A DNA stretch of 58,943 nucleotides, counting the filler, from Stramenopiles sp. TOSAG23-3 (Eukaryota), in NCBI GenBank assembly GCA_900128585.1. It is 5 parts of 5 records of this genome, joined end to end, with 100 filler letters (N's around TTAATTAATTAA, not from the genome) between each part and the next. Parts side by side here need not be neighbours in the genome. Positions count along the whole stretch, not along the records: positions 1 to 26,223 come from LT642276.1; 4 more parts are not named here. One strand, 5' to 3'. The position numbers and the translations under genes are program-made. Numbering within the stretch: the first letter of the stretch is position 1; every line of letters begins with the position of its first letter. This document shows positions 1 to 10,600 of the stretch, piece by piece. The notes under the pieces are model-generated. The model was not told where the DNA came from. It worked only from the letters and a program-made list of their open reading frames with translations, and ran no database searches.

Positions 1-5
1 AAGCC

Positions 6-1568
6 TTGAAGGACGAGCACGAGCAGGTAATTTCGACCCATATCAGCACCCGGGAAACGTTGGAGAAAGAAATCGAAGCGGTTAAATTTGCGGTGAATTT
101 GACTGCTAAAAATCTGCAAGAAGAGCACAGGGTAAATGTGCAGGAGATTATACAGAGACACAAAAAATCTATGGCTTTTCACGAATCAGAACTGAAAAAA
201 CTGAAAGATGATCTCTCAATTGCAGAGAAGTCAGCGAAAAAAGTAAAGGAAGAGCGAGATTTGGTGGAGGCAGAGTTGCAAAAGTGCTTGCAAAATGTTG
301 GGAATAGTGCGGCTGAAGTTGATAATCTTAAATCTCACCATGAGTCTGCAGTGAAACAATTGTTGGGGGATCACGCGTCAGTGTTGAAAGAAAAAGAAGA
401 AAAGCTAACAAAAGTGAATGCGATCGCCCTTCATCACAAGAAATCTCTGGATAAGTTAATCAATAACTCTGAAGCATTGGAGGCAGAGAACGAAAAGCTT
501 CAGAATGGCATTGCGAGTCTTAAAGAAGATCATAAAAATCAATTGGCCCAGATGAAAGACAAGACCAAAGAGTTGAAAGAGAAGCTGAGTTGGACAGAGC
601 AAAAGTCGTCATTAGATGGCGATCTGGTTGCATCACTGAAAGAGGAACACGAGAAAAATGTGAAAACAATCACGGATGAGTTTAAGCTAACGCTACAAGA
701 AAGCGAGGAAAAAATGAAAAGAGCACAGGCTATTGCGCTGCACCACAAGAAAATGTTAGACGAAGAGGCGGAGAAATCTGCCAAGGCAGATACATTGGCA
801 GCGGAGCACAACGCCGTGTTGAGCAAAGTTCAAATGGAAAAGAAAGACATTGCAGCTAAACATAAAAGAGAATTGGAGCGGATTCGCGCCGAGGCGAATG
901 CGTTACAGTCTAATTATTCAAGCAAAGAGAAAGAGCTGTTGATTAGCCATGAAAAGGAAATCAAAATACTAAAAGCTTCCTTGGAAACTAAATCTCAGAG
1001 CAACGTTCGCTTAGAAACCGAAACGATGCAACGAGAGCACGAGCGAGAGTTAAAAGCTGAGCGGGAGAAGTATTCTTTGTTAGTGGAAGAGTTCAACCGT
1101 GCGAAGCAGAGCACAGACTCCAACAATTCTTCTTTAGAAAGTCTGAAAAAAGAGCATTATATTGCTGTTAAAAAAATGGAAACTGAGCACAGGCGAAAAA
1201 TAATTGCCTTTGAGGCAAAGTTAAAGAGAGTCTCGGAGCAGCGCCACAAAGATGCGGTGGATGCAACGACTGTAAGCAACGAGGCATCTGTAATGTCAAA
1301 ACGTCGGTCTAAAGCAGAATTGTTGCGTGTTAATGTTGATATCGAGAGCGGAATGCCTCTTGCAGATGACGATCCGATGGCAAAGAACAAGCACGACCAG
1401 AGGTCTATAGTAAATGAGATGCTGATGGCATCAGGTCACTTGTCAAGGAAAAACAAGCAATTTGTAGGCACGTACATGGTGATTTTGCACTGCCTATTTT
1501 TGTACTTACTTTTTACGCATGGGCATGCCCCCGAAGGTGACGGTATAGTTCAGAACGGTAAAATATAG
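6..1568 (+). CDS. Long coiled-coil protein with C-terminal transmembrane anchor (golgin-84/CASP-like); 5' partial
   Basis: E/K-rich heptad sequence for ~430 aa, then a hydrophobic segment FVGTYMVILHCLFLYLLF with the Y..LH pattern of tail-anchored golgins and a short tail. The frame is open at the window edge. Confidence 0.7.
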   Translation: MKDEHEQVISTHISTRETLEKEIEAVKFAVNLTAKNLQEEHRVNVQEIIQRHKKSMAFHESELKKLKDDLSIAEKSAKKVKEERDLVEAELQKCLQNVGNSAAEVDNLKSHHESAVKQLLGDHASVLKEKEEKLTKVNAIALHHKKSLDKLINNSEALEAENEKLQNGIASLKEDHKNQLAQMKDKTKELKEKLSWTEQKSSLDGDLVASLKEEHEKNVKTITDEFKLTLQESEEKMKRAQAIALHHKKMLDEEAEKSAKADTLAAEHNAVLSKVQMEKKDIAAKHKRELERIRAEANALQSNYSSKEKELLISHEKEIKILKASLETKSQSNVRLETETMQREHERELKAEREKYSLLVEEFNRAKQSTDSNNSSLESLKKEHYIAVKKMETEHRRKIIAFEAKLKRVSEQRHKDAVDATTVSNEASVMSKRRSKAELLRVNVDIESGMPLADDDPMAKNKHDQRSIVNEMLMASGHLSRKNKQFVGTYMVILHCLFLYLLFTHGHAPEGDGIVQNGKI

Positions 1569-1639
1569 GGGCGGACACGAGAGATACTTGACAGGTGCGC
1601 GAAAAATTTTACACCTCTCATTTATTACAATATTGAAAA

Positions 1640-1765
1640 TTAAAAACAAAAAACTGGCTGTTATTCGAATGTCTAAATCTAGAGTTTAGTTCGCAGTACA
1701 TAAATTTTAATTACTTAAATAAATAACAGCCAATTTTCTTGTATTTATATTGATAGGAATATATG
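1640..1765. repeat. Dispersed inverted-repeat element, copy A (MITE-like)
   Basis: AAAAACAAAAAACTGGCTGTTATT (core 1654-1663) and inverted AATAACAGCCAATTTTCTTGT (core 1724-1733). The internal GTTTAGTTCGCAG..AATTTTAATT is shared with the copy near 10485. Confidence 0.7.
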
Positions 1766-1903
1766 TACGTAATTAACTATATATATATATATACTTGAAA
1801 ATCGGAACCTATTCAATGTCAGTTCGTAAACATATCTTACCTCGGCGTTCCACCCTGGAGAGGGAGGGATAAAAAAAACATTCCGAATTCCATATCGAAA
1901 ACA

Positions 1904-4900
1904 CTAGTAGTATACGATTCCTTCAAGGATTCCTCTCAGCACTTCAACCTGTTCAGCCGGTGTGTCGCACACCGCTAGACTTGCAAGGGCAGACTCATTG
2001 ACGCGTAACCGCAGCTGATTTCCATTGCTTGGTGTAAACACTTCTACAGAGCGACCGTTCTTGACAGACACAAGGACAAACTTGTTGTCTTGCAATTTCA
2101 TCCCGACACGACAGTTAATGTCGCTTGTGTCGCCGCTCCTAATTTTCTCTCTCAAGCGGCGCTCTTTTAAGTGCAGAGTGTTTGTCCTCATGGGGGTAAG
2201 GACAGACTTTAACACTTCAATTCGCTCGTGGTCGTAGTCACAGACAGACAGGCTCAGCAGCGTGCCATCATCGAGTTTGAAACGCTTCCTTTCGCCAGTC
2301 AGTGTAAAAAACAATTCTACAATTCGTTTTTGACGAATTGAAACCAACACATAGTGGCCATTTTCCAGTTTCATGCCGCTACGAAAATCGACTCGTGGCG
2401 GCGGTTTCCTTTTTCGGCGATCTTGGGATACTGTCGCCTTGGGAATGTCCGAACCGGCATTGCGTGTAGGGCGGAATGGCTCGAGGTAGATGGGGTGACC
2501 TTCCCAAAAGTCTATGTCCTGTTGTCTGCTCACCAGAGCAGCTTCAATATTTCTGTAAATTCCAGCGGAGACTCTATAGACGTTTATGCAACCGTCAGCA
2601 CCCCCGAGGGTCAGTCTAGTCCCACATGGACTCCACGATAAAAACTGAACGATGGGCAAGTCAGTAATGTGCCCGGCATACCTTCCGGTACAAATTTCAT
2701 ATATCACAACCCGGTAACATGCAATCATGCTTGAAGCGCCTAGTTGCATGCTCTCCGACTCGCGTATGACGGGAGAAGTCGCAGCAATATAAAGGCCAGA
2801 GGGATCTTGCACAAAGCAAGGCCGAGTACCGCCTGGGTGCGGTATGGCAGACGTTGGGATTATACCGCGCAGGTCACCCAGCCACAAGTGGTAAATCAGA
2901 ATGGTGCCTTTTTGGGACAAACATATTAAATAATCTCCCGAGGAATGAACAGAAAATGTTGTGCAGGCACTGTCCAGTTTGTACTCGGCCACGGTCGGGC
3001 ATTCCAGGCCCGTCAGCGTCGCTGGTCCTTCCATGCTCGCCGTCTCGGGATCTCTGTTGGCCCCCTTTCTTGAGTACAAAGTGCCTTCACCGGGCTGTAC
3101 CTCTTTCATAATTATTTTATCAATCGCCCCGCAGGTAATGACGCAAGTCCCAGACGCAGCCTCTTCTGCGTTCAGCCTTGGAGGGCGAACTCCCATGGGG
3201 CGTTGGGCAAATGCGCAACTCAACCTGGGCGGGACGCCTCCAGGCCAGGCCGCCTTTTCAAAGCCGGCGGTGACTACGGAACCCCGCATGTAGGCCCCCC
3301 ACGAATCCATCACGGCAGTCATCCCCCCAGCGAGAGCACAGGCCAGGTACCGGCCTTCCTTTGAAAATTTGATATCAGTGCACTCCATAATCCCAGGGTT
3401 GGCGACTCGGGCAGAAGTGCTGCTCCCATACGCCCGCCCACGCGTATAGTACCCAATGTCTCTAAGGTACAACAGCCTCCCAGACATTGTGTTGTAAACT
3501 CGAACCATACCATGACTGCAACCACACGCAATCCTTCCTCCCCTAGGGTGATAAGCAACTGCAGTGATTTCGACAGCCGCGGCCGCCCGGGAAATGGATG
3601 ATGAAAGCTTAGGGGCTCCAAACATCCCGCCCTGATCAGCCGCCGCTGCAATTGCCATTGATGTACGGCTTATTCGCTGGTACCGTAGGCCGGGGTCCAG
3701 GGAGGTAGAGACATCCACGGTTCTGGTGGGCTTCGCACGCCAAAATTTTGAGGCGATCGGGTCCAACAGCCCAGACGCGGGCCCGTTATTTGTCAGCATG
3801 TTGCGACCTTGTGCAAAGTACGACGAGGCAGAAGCCTCCATTGGCAATATCATTTGCCAAATGCAGAGGGTCTGATCCGCACCGCCTGTTACCAGGACGC
3901 TCGACGTTGCATCCGGGTGCCAGCAAGCCGAATGGACGCCCCCAAAGTGTGTCACGGCGTGGTTTGTTACCCGGCCATTGTGCAAGTCAAACACAGCTAT
4001 CGTGTGGTCTCCAAATGTAGTGACTATGAATGCATCGTCGCTTGTGGTCGCAATAGATGCGACTGGCCAACCTGGACCACGCTCATTGTCCTTTTCTGGA
4101 CCCTCTTTTCCTCGCACGCGCACCGGGGAATTCCAACTGCCAGCCGGGCTGTTGCTACCGTCTTCTTTGGGGTATTCAATGCGCTCCCTCAAATGGTGTT
4201 GGAACGGCAACTTGCGCTTCCAGGTAAGGGTCCGGATTTCAACGGTCCAAATGCAACCGTCTGACGAGCCAACGAATATCATATCCCCGCAGTTGTTTAT
4301 GCACGTGAATGTCCTGTGCTTTTGAGCATTCATCTCTTTTTTTGTGCTCTTGTTGCCACGGATCCGGGAGCCAAACGAATTGCCAGCCTTCTTCTTTACG
4401 GGCGCTCCGAGATGGTTTACAATGTTTCCCCCACTATCGCACACAAAAACTTGCCCTGAGCGGCAAAGCACCACGATCAGACGGTATACTTCGGACGCCA
4501 CAACATCCACCAGTTCATAAGTATGCTTTGTTCCTTGAAACTGTTGTTGCTTAAGCAAGCGCATCGCACCTTTGTTTGTTTCAAAAACCCATAAAATATG
4601 AGAAAAAACAACCGCAAAATTGTTGCTGCCAGGAACCCACACGATTTTCGAATCGCTTTCTCCACCATACTGTAATTTCAGCTGCTTCTTCAACCGTCTT
4701 CTCCGCCGACGGCGGTGGTCAGTTTTGCCACTCGCCTTTCCGAGCCCAGCTTTGTCAGATTCCCAAGGGTGCTTCCCAAAATCGTCGTAGACCCCGAAAG
4801 GATTTTCTCCTTTGGTTGGAAAGATGTGTTGTTCTCCAGTATCGTAAATCAAACATCGCTGCAGTAGAGTAAAGTCTTGCGCCCAGTCCCATAAGCATAC

Positions 4901-5494
4901 CTGCGCCCCCTCATCAGTCCTTTCCCCCACCTCCACACTAACTAAGTAAACATTGTCCAAAGAAAAAGACAGCTGGATGTTGTGAACCCACGTAACATTT
5001 GCGGACAGGTCTCGCCGCACCCGGCAGACTTCAACGTATCGACCCCCTGGGGCCTGCCCGGACACGTCCCACAATATTATAAGTGGTTCTGGGCCACAGT
5101 CGGCGGATGCTATGAACAAGCCGTTCGGGGAGCAAGCAACGCTCGTAATAGGCGCTATATGACCCTTTAAATTTAGTCTAGTGTCTGTCCGCCAGTCCCA
5201 AAGGACCAACATGGAGCCTGCTGCATGGACCACAAAACCGCGCGTTGGGTGGACGCACACGTTTACCCTAGGCGACACACCACACACGGTTTCGACTCTA
5301 AACTCATCCGTACGCGGCACATTCTTCAAGCAAGTGTACACGGTTGCCCCGCGTTTGTCAAAATTCTTTGCTTTCAAGCTAGTATCTGGAGCATTCGGGG
5401 GACGTTCCACTTCATCACCCTTAATCTCAGTAATGGGCGGTCCAAACCCAAAGTCCCCCATCTTAAGGGCAGGGTCACTGCTCGAAAACGCCAT
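1904..5494 (-). CDS. WD40-repeat protein (WDR62/MAPKBP1-like) with a duplicated C-terminal domain
   Basis: 1196-aa ORF with GH..WD repeats (LKGHIAPITSVACSPNG..IILWD; LVTGGADQTLCIW) and a DPSGLYIAAT motif resembling WDR62/MAPKBP1. Confidence 0.8.
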   Translation of the reverse strand: MAFSSSDPALKMGDFGFGPPITEIKGDEVERPPNAPDTSLKAKNFDKRGATVYTCLKNVPRTDEFRVETVCGVSPRVNVCVHPTRGFVVHAAGSMLVLWDWRTDTRLNLKGHIAPITSVACSPNGLFIASADCGPEPLIILWDVSGQAPGGRYVEVCRVRRDLSANVTWVHNIQLSFSLDNVYLVSVEVGERTDEGAQVCLWDWAQDFTLLQRCLIYDTGEQHIFPTKGENPFGVYDDFGKHPWESDKAGLGKASGKTDHRRRRRRRLKKQLKLQYGGESDSKIVWVPGSNNFAVVFSHILWVFETNKGAMRLLKQQQFQGTKHTYELVDVVASEVYRLIVVLCRSGQVFVCDSGGNIVNHLGAPVKKKAGNSFGSRIRGNKSTKKEMNAQKHRTFTCINNCGDMIFVGSSDGCIWTVEIRTLTWKRKLPFQHHLRERIEYPKEDGSNSPAGSWNSPVRVRGKEGPEKDNERGPGWPVASIATTSDDAFIVTTFGDHTIAVFDLHNGRVTNHAVTHFGGVHSACWHPDATSSVLVTGGADQTLCIWQMILPMEASASSYFAQGRNMLTNNGPASGLLDPIASKFWRAKPTRTVDVSTSLDPGLRYQRISRTSMAIAAAADQGGMFGAPKLSSSISRAAAAVEITAVAYHPRGGRIACGCSHGMVRVYNTMSGRLLYLRDIGYYTRGRAYGSSTSARVANPGIMECTDIKFSKEGRYLACALAGGMTAVMDSWGAYMRGSVVTAGFEKAAWPGGVPPRLSCAFAQRPMGVRPPRLNAEEAASGTCVITCGAIDKIIMKEVQPGEGTLYSRKGANRDPETASMEGPATLTGLECPTVAEYKLDSACTTFSVHSSGDYLICLSQKGTILIYHLWLGDLRGIIPTSAIPHPGGTRPCFVQDPSGLYIAATSPVIRESESMQLGASSMIACYRVVIYEICTGRYAGHITDLPIVQFLSWSPCGTRLTLGGADGCINVYRVSAGIYRNIEAALVSRQQDIDFWEGHPIYLEPFRPTRNAGSDIPKATVSQDRRKRKPPPRVDFRSGMKLENGHYVLVSIRQKRIVELFFTLTGERKRFKLDDGTLLSLSVCDYDHERIEVLKSVLTPMRTNTLHLKERRLREKIRSGDTSDINCRVGMKLQDNKFVLVSVKNGRSVEVFTPSNGNQLRLRVNESALASLAVCDTPAEQVEVLRGILEGIVYY

Positions 5495-6888
5495 CTCAAA
5501 CGCCTCCTTCGTTTCACCGGTTCAAAAAAAGTAAAAAAAGAAGAAAAAGACAAACGCTGACAAGAAAGACAACAACTGATAATTAATTTAATAAACCTTC
5601 AACAAAACTTCTTTCAATTACCGTAGGAGAATTTTTTTGTATACCTATCAATAGCGCTTTTTACATTCATGTCGTCCCGTTGGATACTATGTGGTTCCAT
5701 TCCTGATAATAATAATGGAGTTAGTTGTTTTCAATAATAATAATAATAATTTATTTTCAATTATTATTATTTGTTTTCTTCTTCTACTGGGAGAAGAGAA
5801 GAAGATGAAAATAATAAATTAAAAGAAGAGCGGGGGGGCATATTTTGAAAAAATCACATTGTAATAGGCATTTGTTCTAAAAAGAATATAAAATTAAATG
5901 AATTAAGTACAATGCATATATTTCAAATGACTTTGAAAAATGAAAAAATAATTTAAACTGTACTTATTACAGTACAATTTAAATAATAATCGGGAGTTTT
6001 GTATTTGATTTTAAATATTACATTAACTACAATGTACACTGTGTAGGTAATATAAAGGAAAATGGATGAAAAACGGAGTTTTGTTTGAGTTTCTACGCTT
6101 CTTTTTAGCCAAAAGAATTTGCATTATTAGTCTATATAATGTATCATGTGTCCATTAATACTAGTCCGTTCTATATACTAACTACAATAGATTTCAAGCG
6201 ATTCAAAAAAAAAATGCTACGGTATTAAACCTGAGTATTAATATTTTATTGGAATTATACCGAGGCGAGGACCTTGTAAATATAATAAAATTATATTCGT
6301 TTTTTATTTTTATTTATCAACAAAATAAAAAAAAAGAAAAACGGAGCAAAAAAAGTATAATATTCACAGCAGAAGAAGCAAAGAAGAAGAATGACTATTT
6401 GGTACGAGGACAACTTGACTCGGATGATGATGCCAGAAACAACAAGCAACAAGCAACAAATCGATTTTCAACAAACAACAACACGAGCAAGGGAAATAAA
6501 TGTGTTCAATCAAATTTTTATTTGAGTTGTACTTACTTCATTATCGGCATGGTATGTAAAGGAGGCATGCCGAACTGAACCACCTGCTGTAACCTGTTGC
6601 ACCACCCTTTCTTGTATCGCACGTACTAATCAACTCCTCACCACGTCGTCGAGATAATAATAGAAGAAGAAAAAAAAGAAGAAGAAGACGGGAGAGGGGA
6701 GGGGGAAAATAATATAGTATCCTAATTTTTAGTAGGCGAATGAAATCAGGTTTAATCGACAGCATGTTTGAATTTTAAGAGTGCAAAGCGCAGGTAAAAC
6801 AGAACTTAAATTGCAGACGCGTTTAAAAATCCGACAAGTATGCTCTAGCGGGACAGTTCTTGAGAGCACTGCTAGCACAGGAAACGAA

Positions 6889-9800
6889 ATGAGTGACGAT
6901 GAGGAGGAGCCAGAAGTAAACTCTGACGATTTCTCCGATCACAGCGATGACCCTGTGAAGAAGAAGAAGAAAAAGAAGAAGAAAAAGAAGAAAAAGAAGA
7001 AGAAGAAGAGGGATGAGAAACCGCAGCCAATTATGTGGGTGGAGTACGTTGATGAGAACGACGAAGAGCAATTACTGCGATGGAAACACAAAGAAACTGA
7101 AGAAATTATTGACGTGTGCCCGAAACAGTTGTTGCACAGGTACTGGGTAGAGGCGAAGGATGAACCAGAAGCCGTCGCTCGACAAGAAGAAGACAAGAAG
7201 TTAGTCAGGAAAATAGAAATAGAAATCAAGCGACTGAAAGAAAGTATCGCATATAATAAAAAAAAAATTGATTTCTCAATACAGCACGGGGTCGAGGACA
7301 ATTTGCCGGACTTGGTTGGTAAAAAGAGGGCGTTAATCGCCGAGAAGGAACGCCAGGTCAGGGAACGGAACGATAAAATTTTTAAGATCAAGTCGGACGA
7401 AGCCAATCGGGAACAGACTTGGAGAAACACACAAACGGAAGAAACGACGCATGATTGTCCGGAGAAAATAATATATAAATATTGGATTGAGGGCCTGGAC
7501 GAGGAGGGAGAATTTTGTAGAGCGTTGGAAAATTTTCCAGGGGACAACCCAGACGAAGACTTGTCGTTTAAAAAGGGACAATGGATAGAACTAATAGACA
7601 CTTCGGACGAAGACTGGTGGAATGGAAGGCGATGGGACGAGGGGCATGCGACGAAGGAGACAGGAAATTTCCCCGTTGATCTCGTCGAAAAGCGAAAACG
7701 CCCACAATGGACCAATGGATTTTTGAACAAGACTGTGTACCAAATACCGGCCAGCTACTCCCGTTTTTTAGAGGGCAAGCTGGCAAAAGAGGCTGCTATG
7801 AAGAAGGCAGGAATGTTGGCCCCGCCAGGGGCAGTGGGAGAAGGAAAGTGGTGGTCGGAGATGGAGGACGACGAAGGCAATCCGTACTGGTACGATCTTG
7901 AAGATTTTGCAACGACATACGAAGACCCCTTTGTTATCCCTACGCCGCCTGCTAGCCCACGTTTAGCCCCGCTCGGCCCAGATCAACCAGAGCAGCTCAA
8001 GTATGTACAAATTACGATGCTTGAGGATGGGTCACGGTATTGGTACGAAACGGAAACGAAGGAAACGACCTGGGTTAGCCCGTATGACCCACGCGATCCC
8101 CCAGAACGGTGGCACAACAATTTTGCGAACGGTGACTTCTATTGGGTCGACTACGAGAACGTTAGGACATCCATGGAAAAACCTCAAGACCTTCAAGACT
8201 GGGAAGACAAATTGGAAAGGAATCGCGTGTGTTTAGAGTTGATGTGGGGGGACGATGCGGAAAGAGGAAAATTAGAACGTTACCCGTCAAGAGAGGATTA
8301 TCTGGTGGACATGGTTGAACGGAATGTCCACTGTAAAGATGCAATCAAACAAATGTTGGACCAGACGGAAGTTGTACAAAAAGCACTAAGAGCGTATGAA
8401 GTGGTTTCGGTTGTGGCAGATCTGGTCCGACGGGTGGAGTGCATTGCTATTATTGACTCGATGGCAATCAAGCTTGAAGAGCAAGCAGAAGTACAACGAA
8501 TGGCCGCCCTGCAACAGGCCGGCGACGACGACCCAAATGATCGTGACCTGGAACCGGAATGGCTGGACCTCTACACTATCCCGCAATCGGTGCCGTATGT
8601 TGAAAAATTTGCCCTCAGGGACTGGTATGAAAGGTGCAGCGGGCCTCTATGGATCGTAGACAATGGATGGAGGGAGTTTAACATCTCTTTTCAGAAAAAA
8701 ATGAAGGTGGAGAATAGGTACAAAATTGGTGTAGCAAAGCTGGAAGAGAAAGACAGCGATCGTTTCAATGATATCGAAGACCGCGTAAGAGCAAAGAAAA
8801 TTTCCGCCACCCAAGCGCGGTGGCAGCACGAGGAGCGACAGAAAAAGCTCGAAGATGGAAGGGAGACTCTAAAAACTGCACGAGCCCAAGAGAGGCAGAA
8901 TCCAGAACTAGTTCCTCACAAATTTTACAGCATAAGCGATGTAGCGACATGGTACGGCACTGTTTGCAAAAACGGCCACGTCGTTGGGGTTAACCTGAAC
9001 AAAAATGACGTTGAAGGTAAAATTCCAAAAAATATCATGAAATTGTCGCACCTTGTTTCCTTATGTCTAAACCGCAACCGTCTGGTCGGAACCCTGCCTG
9101 AGGCTATACTAGAGCTCCACTCTTTAAAGACCCTTGATTTGAACGGAAATCAATTTACCGGCATTATCCCTTCGGCAGTTTCCCAACTAACGAACTTGCA
9201 GTTCCTGTATTTGCAGAAAAACAATTTCTACGGTCCAATCGCTAATTTGTGTACGTTGACGGCCGTGAAGGTTTTGAACATATCCGAAAACAACTTTGGC
9301 ACCACAAGCGGATTCCCTCCCGTAATTAGCAAATTGAAACGTTTAGAAAAGTTGGATGTGTCCCATAACAACTTGGTCGGTTTTTTTCACGAAAAGTTAT
9401 GCCGTTTGACTCGCTTGAAGGAACTTCGTATCGACGGGAACGACATTACAGGGGTTTTACCCGATACTATTTGTAAATTAGTGGACCTGCAAGTCTTGGC
9501 AGTAGACCACAACAGGATGTACGGAATCGTCCCAGAAAAAATAAAGAAAATGAAAACATTGGAGCGGTTATGGCTGGGAAGCAACAAGTTTAGCGGAACG
9601 ATACCGGAGTGGTTGCCGAAATTAAAGAAACTGACGACGCTAGACCTTCATGATAACAATTTTTCTGGGTACATGCTGCCTACCCTGGCTCAGTTGACGA
9701 AGTTGGAAATTTTGCGATTAGATTTCAATTATTTTGAAGGAAACGTTCCGCGATCATATGCAAGGTTAGTCAAACTTGTTGAGTTTGATGTTGGTAATGG

Positions 9801-10347
9801 GGCAATTGGAAATAACCAAGGCTTAGAAAACCTACCCGTGACTTTGGCTACCCTTGAAGAATGGAGAAGGACAAAGCCCCCACCACTGAAAGAAGAGTTG
9901 CCGTATGACGAATGGTTAAAGATCACATTGGGCAACGTGAAGGAATTACGACATTCTCGGCGCGAGGAAATTTCCCAAGGGGAAGCACACAAGCTGGTAC
10001 GGAACCGGCGCGCGTTCGAAAAGTTGGTCGACTTTTCGAGAAGAGATAATCGGACGAATCCACCACTTTTAAGACCACTAAGACTACAAACGTTGTTTAA
10101 CGGTGGTGCTCCTACCAACACCAGAAACGATGGGGAAGGCAGACCGGATGGGTGGATCCCAGAAGATGAAGACGAGCTTAAAGGGGTTATCGGGTGGACC
10201 CCAGGATACCCAACTGTCCTACCGTCAGACCTTAACAAGACTCTGTTGTTTCAACCAAAGGAAGAGCCTTCTGAAGAGGCAAGCGAGGAGTTGGCGGAGG
10301 CTGACGCGGAGGAGGAAAACGGAAACCAGGAAATGGTGTCCTCGTAA
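6889..10347 (+). CDS. Multidomain WW / SH3 / leucine-rich-repeat protein
   Basis: First ATG is 6889 (MSDDEEE). Contains SH3 (RALENFPG..DLSFKKGQWIELIDTSDEDWWNG..GNFPVDLVE), WW motifs (WSEMEDDEGNPYWYDLEDFATTYEDP and others) and ~11 plant-type 24-aa LRRs (LxxLxLxxNxxxGxIP). No signal peptide or TM segment is evident. Confidence 0.85.
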   Translation: MSDDEEEPEVNSDDFSDHSDDPVKKKKKKKKKKKKKKKKKRDEKPQPIMWVEYVDENDEEQLLRWKHKETEEIIDVCPKQLLHRYWVEAKDEPEAVARQEEDKKLVRKIEIEIKRLKESIAYNKKKIDFSIQHGVEDNLPDLVGKKRALIAEKERQVRERNDKIFKIKSDEANREQTWRNTQTEETTHDCPEKIIYKYWIEGLDEEGEFCRALENFPGDNPDEDLSFKKGQWIELIDTSDEDWWNGRRWDEGHATKETGNFPVDLVEKRKRPQWTNGFLNKTVYQIPASYSRFLEGKLAKEAAMKKAGMLAPPGAVGEGKWWSEMEDDEGNPYWYDLEDFATTYEDPFVIPTPPASPRLAPLGPDQPEQLKYVQITMLEDGSRYWYETETKETTWVSPYDPRDPPERWHNNFANGDFYWVDYENVRTSMEKPQDLQDWEDKLERNRVCLELMWGDDAERGKLERYPSREDYLVDMVERNVHCKDAIKQMLDQTEVVQKALRAYEVVSVVADLVRRVECIAIIDSMAIKLEEQAEVQRMAALQQAGDDDPNDRDLEPEWLDLYTIPQSVPYVEKFALRDWYERCSGPLWIVDNGWREFNISFQKKMKVENRYKIGVAKLEEKDSDRFNDIEDRVRAKKISATQARWQHEERQKKLEDGRETLKTARAQERQNPELVPHKFYSISDVATWYGTVCKNGHVVGVNLNKNDVEGKIPKNIMKLSHLVSLCLNRNRLVGTLPEAILELHSLKTLDLNGNQFTGIIPSAVSQLTNLQFLYLQKNNFYGPIANLCTLTAVKVLNISENNFGTTSGFPPVISKLKRLEKLDVSHNNLVGFFHEKLCRLTRLKELRIDGNDITGVLPDTICKLVDLQVLAVDHNRMYGIVPEKIKKMKTLERLWLGSNKFSGTIPEWLPKLKKLTTLDLHDNNFSGYMLPTLAQLTKLEILRLDFNYFEGNVPRSYARLVKLVEFDVGNGAIGNNQGLENLPVTLATLEEWRRTKPPPLKEELPYDEWLKITLGNVKELRHSRREEISQGEAHKLVRNRRAFEKLVDFSRRDNRTNPPLLRPLRLQTLFNGGAPTNTRNDGEGRPDGWIPEDEDELKGVIGWTPGYPTVLPSDLNKTLLFQPKEEPSEEASEELAEADAEEENGNQEMVSS

Positions 10348-10355
10348 ATACTAAT

Positions 10356-10600
10356 CAAGAAAATTGGCTGTTATTTAATACATATGATTTTTACATTTAA
10401 GAAAGCAGTTCAAGTTAAAATTGTAAGAATTCTTATTATACGATAAAATGAAGACTAAAAAACACAAAATTGGCTGTTATTTAAGTTCAGTTCGCAGAAC
10501 GTTAATTTTAATTCCAATTTTCTTGTTTTTTTATTGAAGTAATTAAAATTTAGACTAAATAGTCGTCTAACAGCCAATTTTTTGTTTTTAAAATGAAGAC
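10356..10600. repeat. Dispersed inverted-repeat element, compound copy B
   Basis: TTGGCTGTTA cores at 10364 and 10470 (+) and TAACAGCCAA at 10568 (inverted). The internal GTTCAGTTCGCAG..AATTTTAATT..CCAATTTTCTTGT matches copy A. Confidence 0.7.

Noticed and set aside
1834..1872. ATCTTACCTCGG resembling the U1 snRNA 5' end
   Set aside because: It mismatches ACTTACCTG, and no U1 stem-loops or Sm site follow.
6781..6888. Non-ATG upstream extensions given by the ORF track (also at 27362, 28069, 34709 and 38832)
   Set aside because: These are eukaryotic genes, and the first in-frame ATG gives sensible N-termini.
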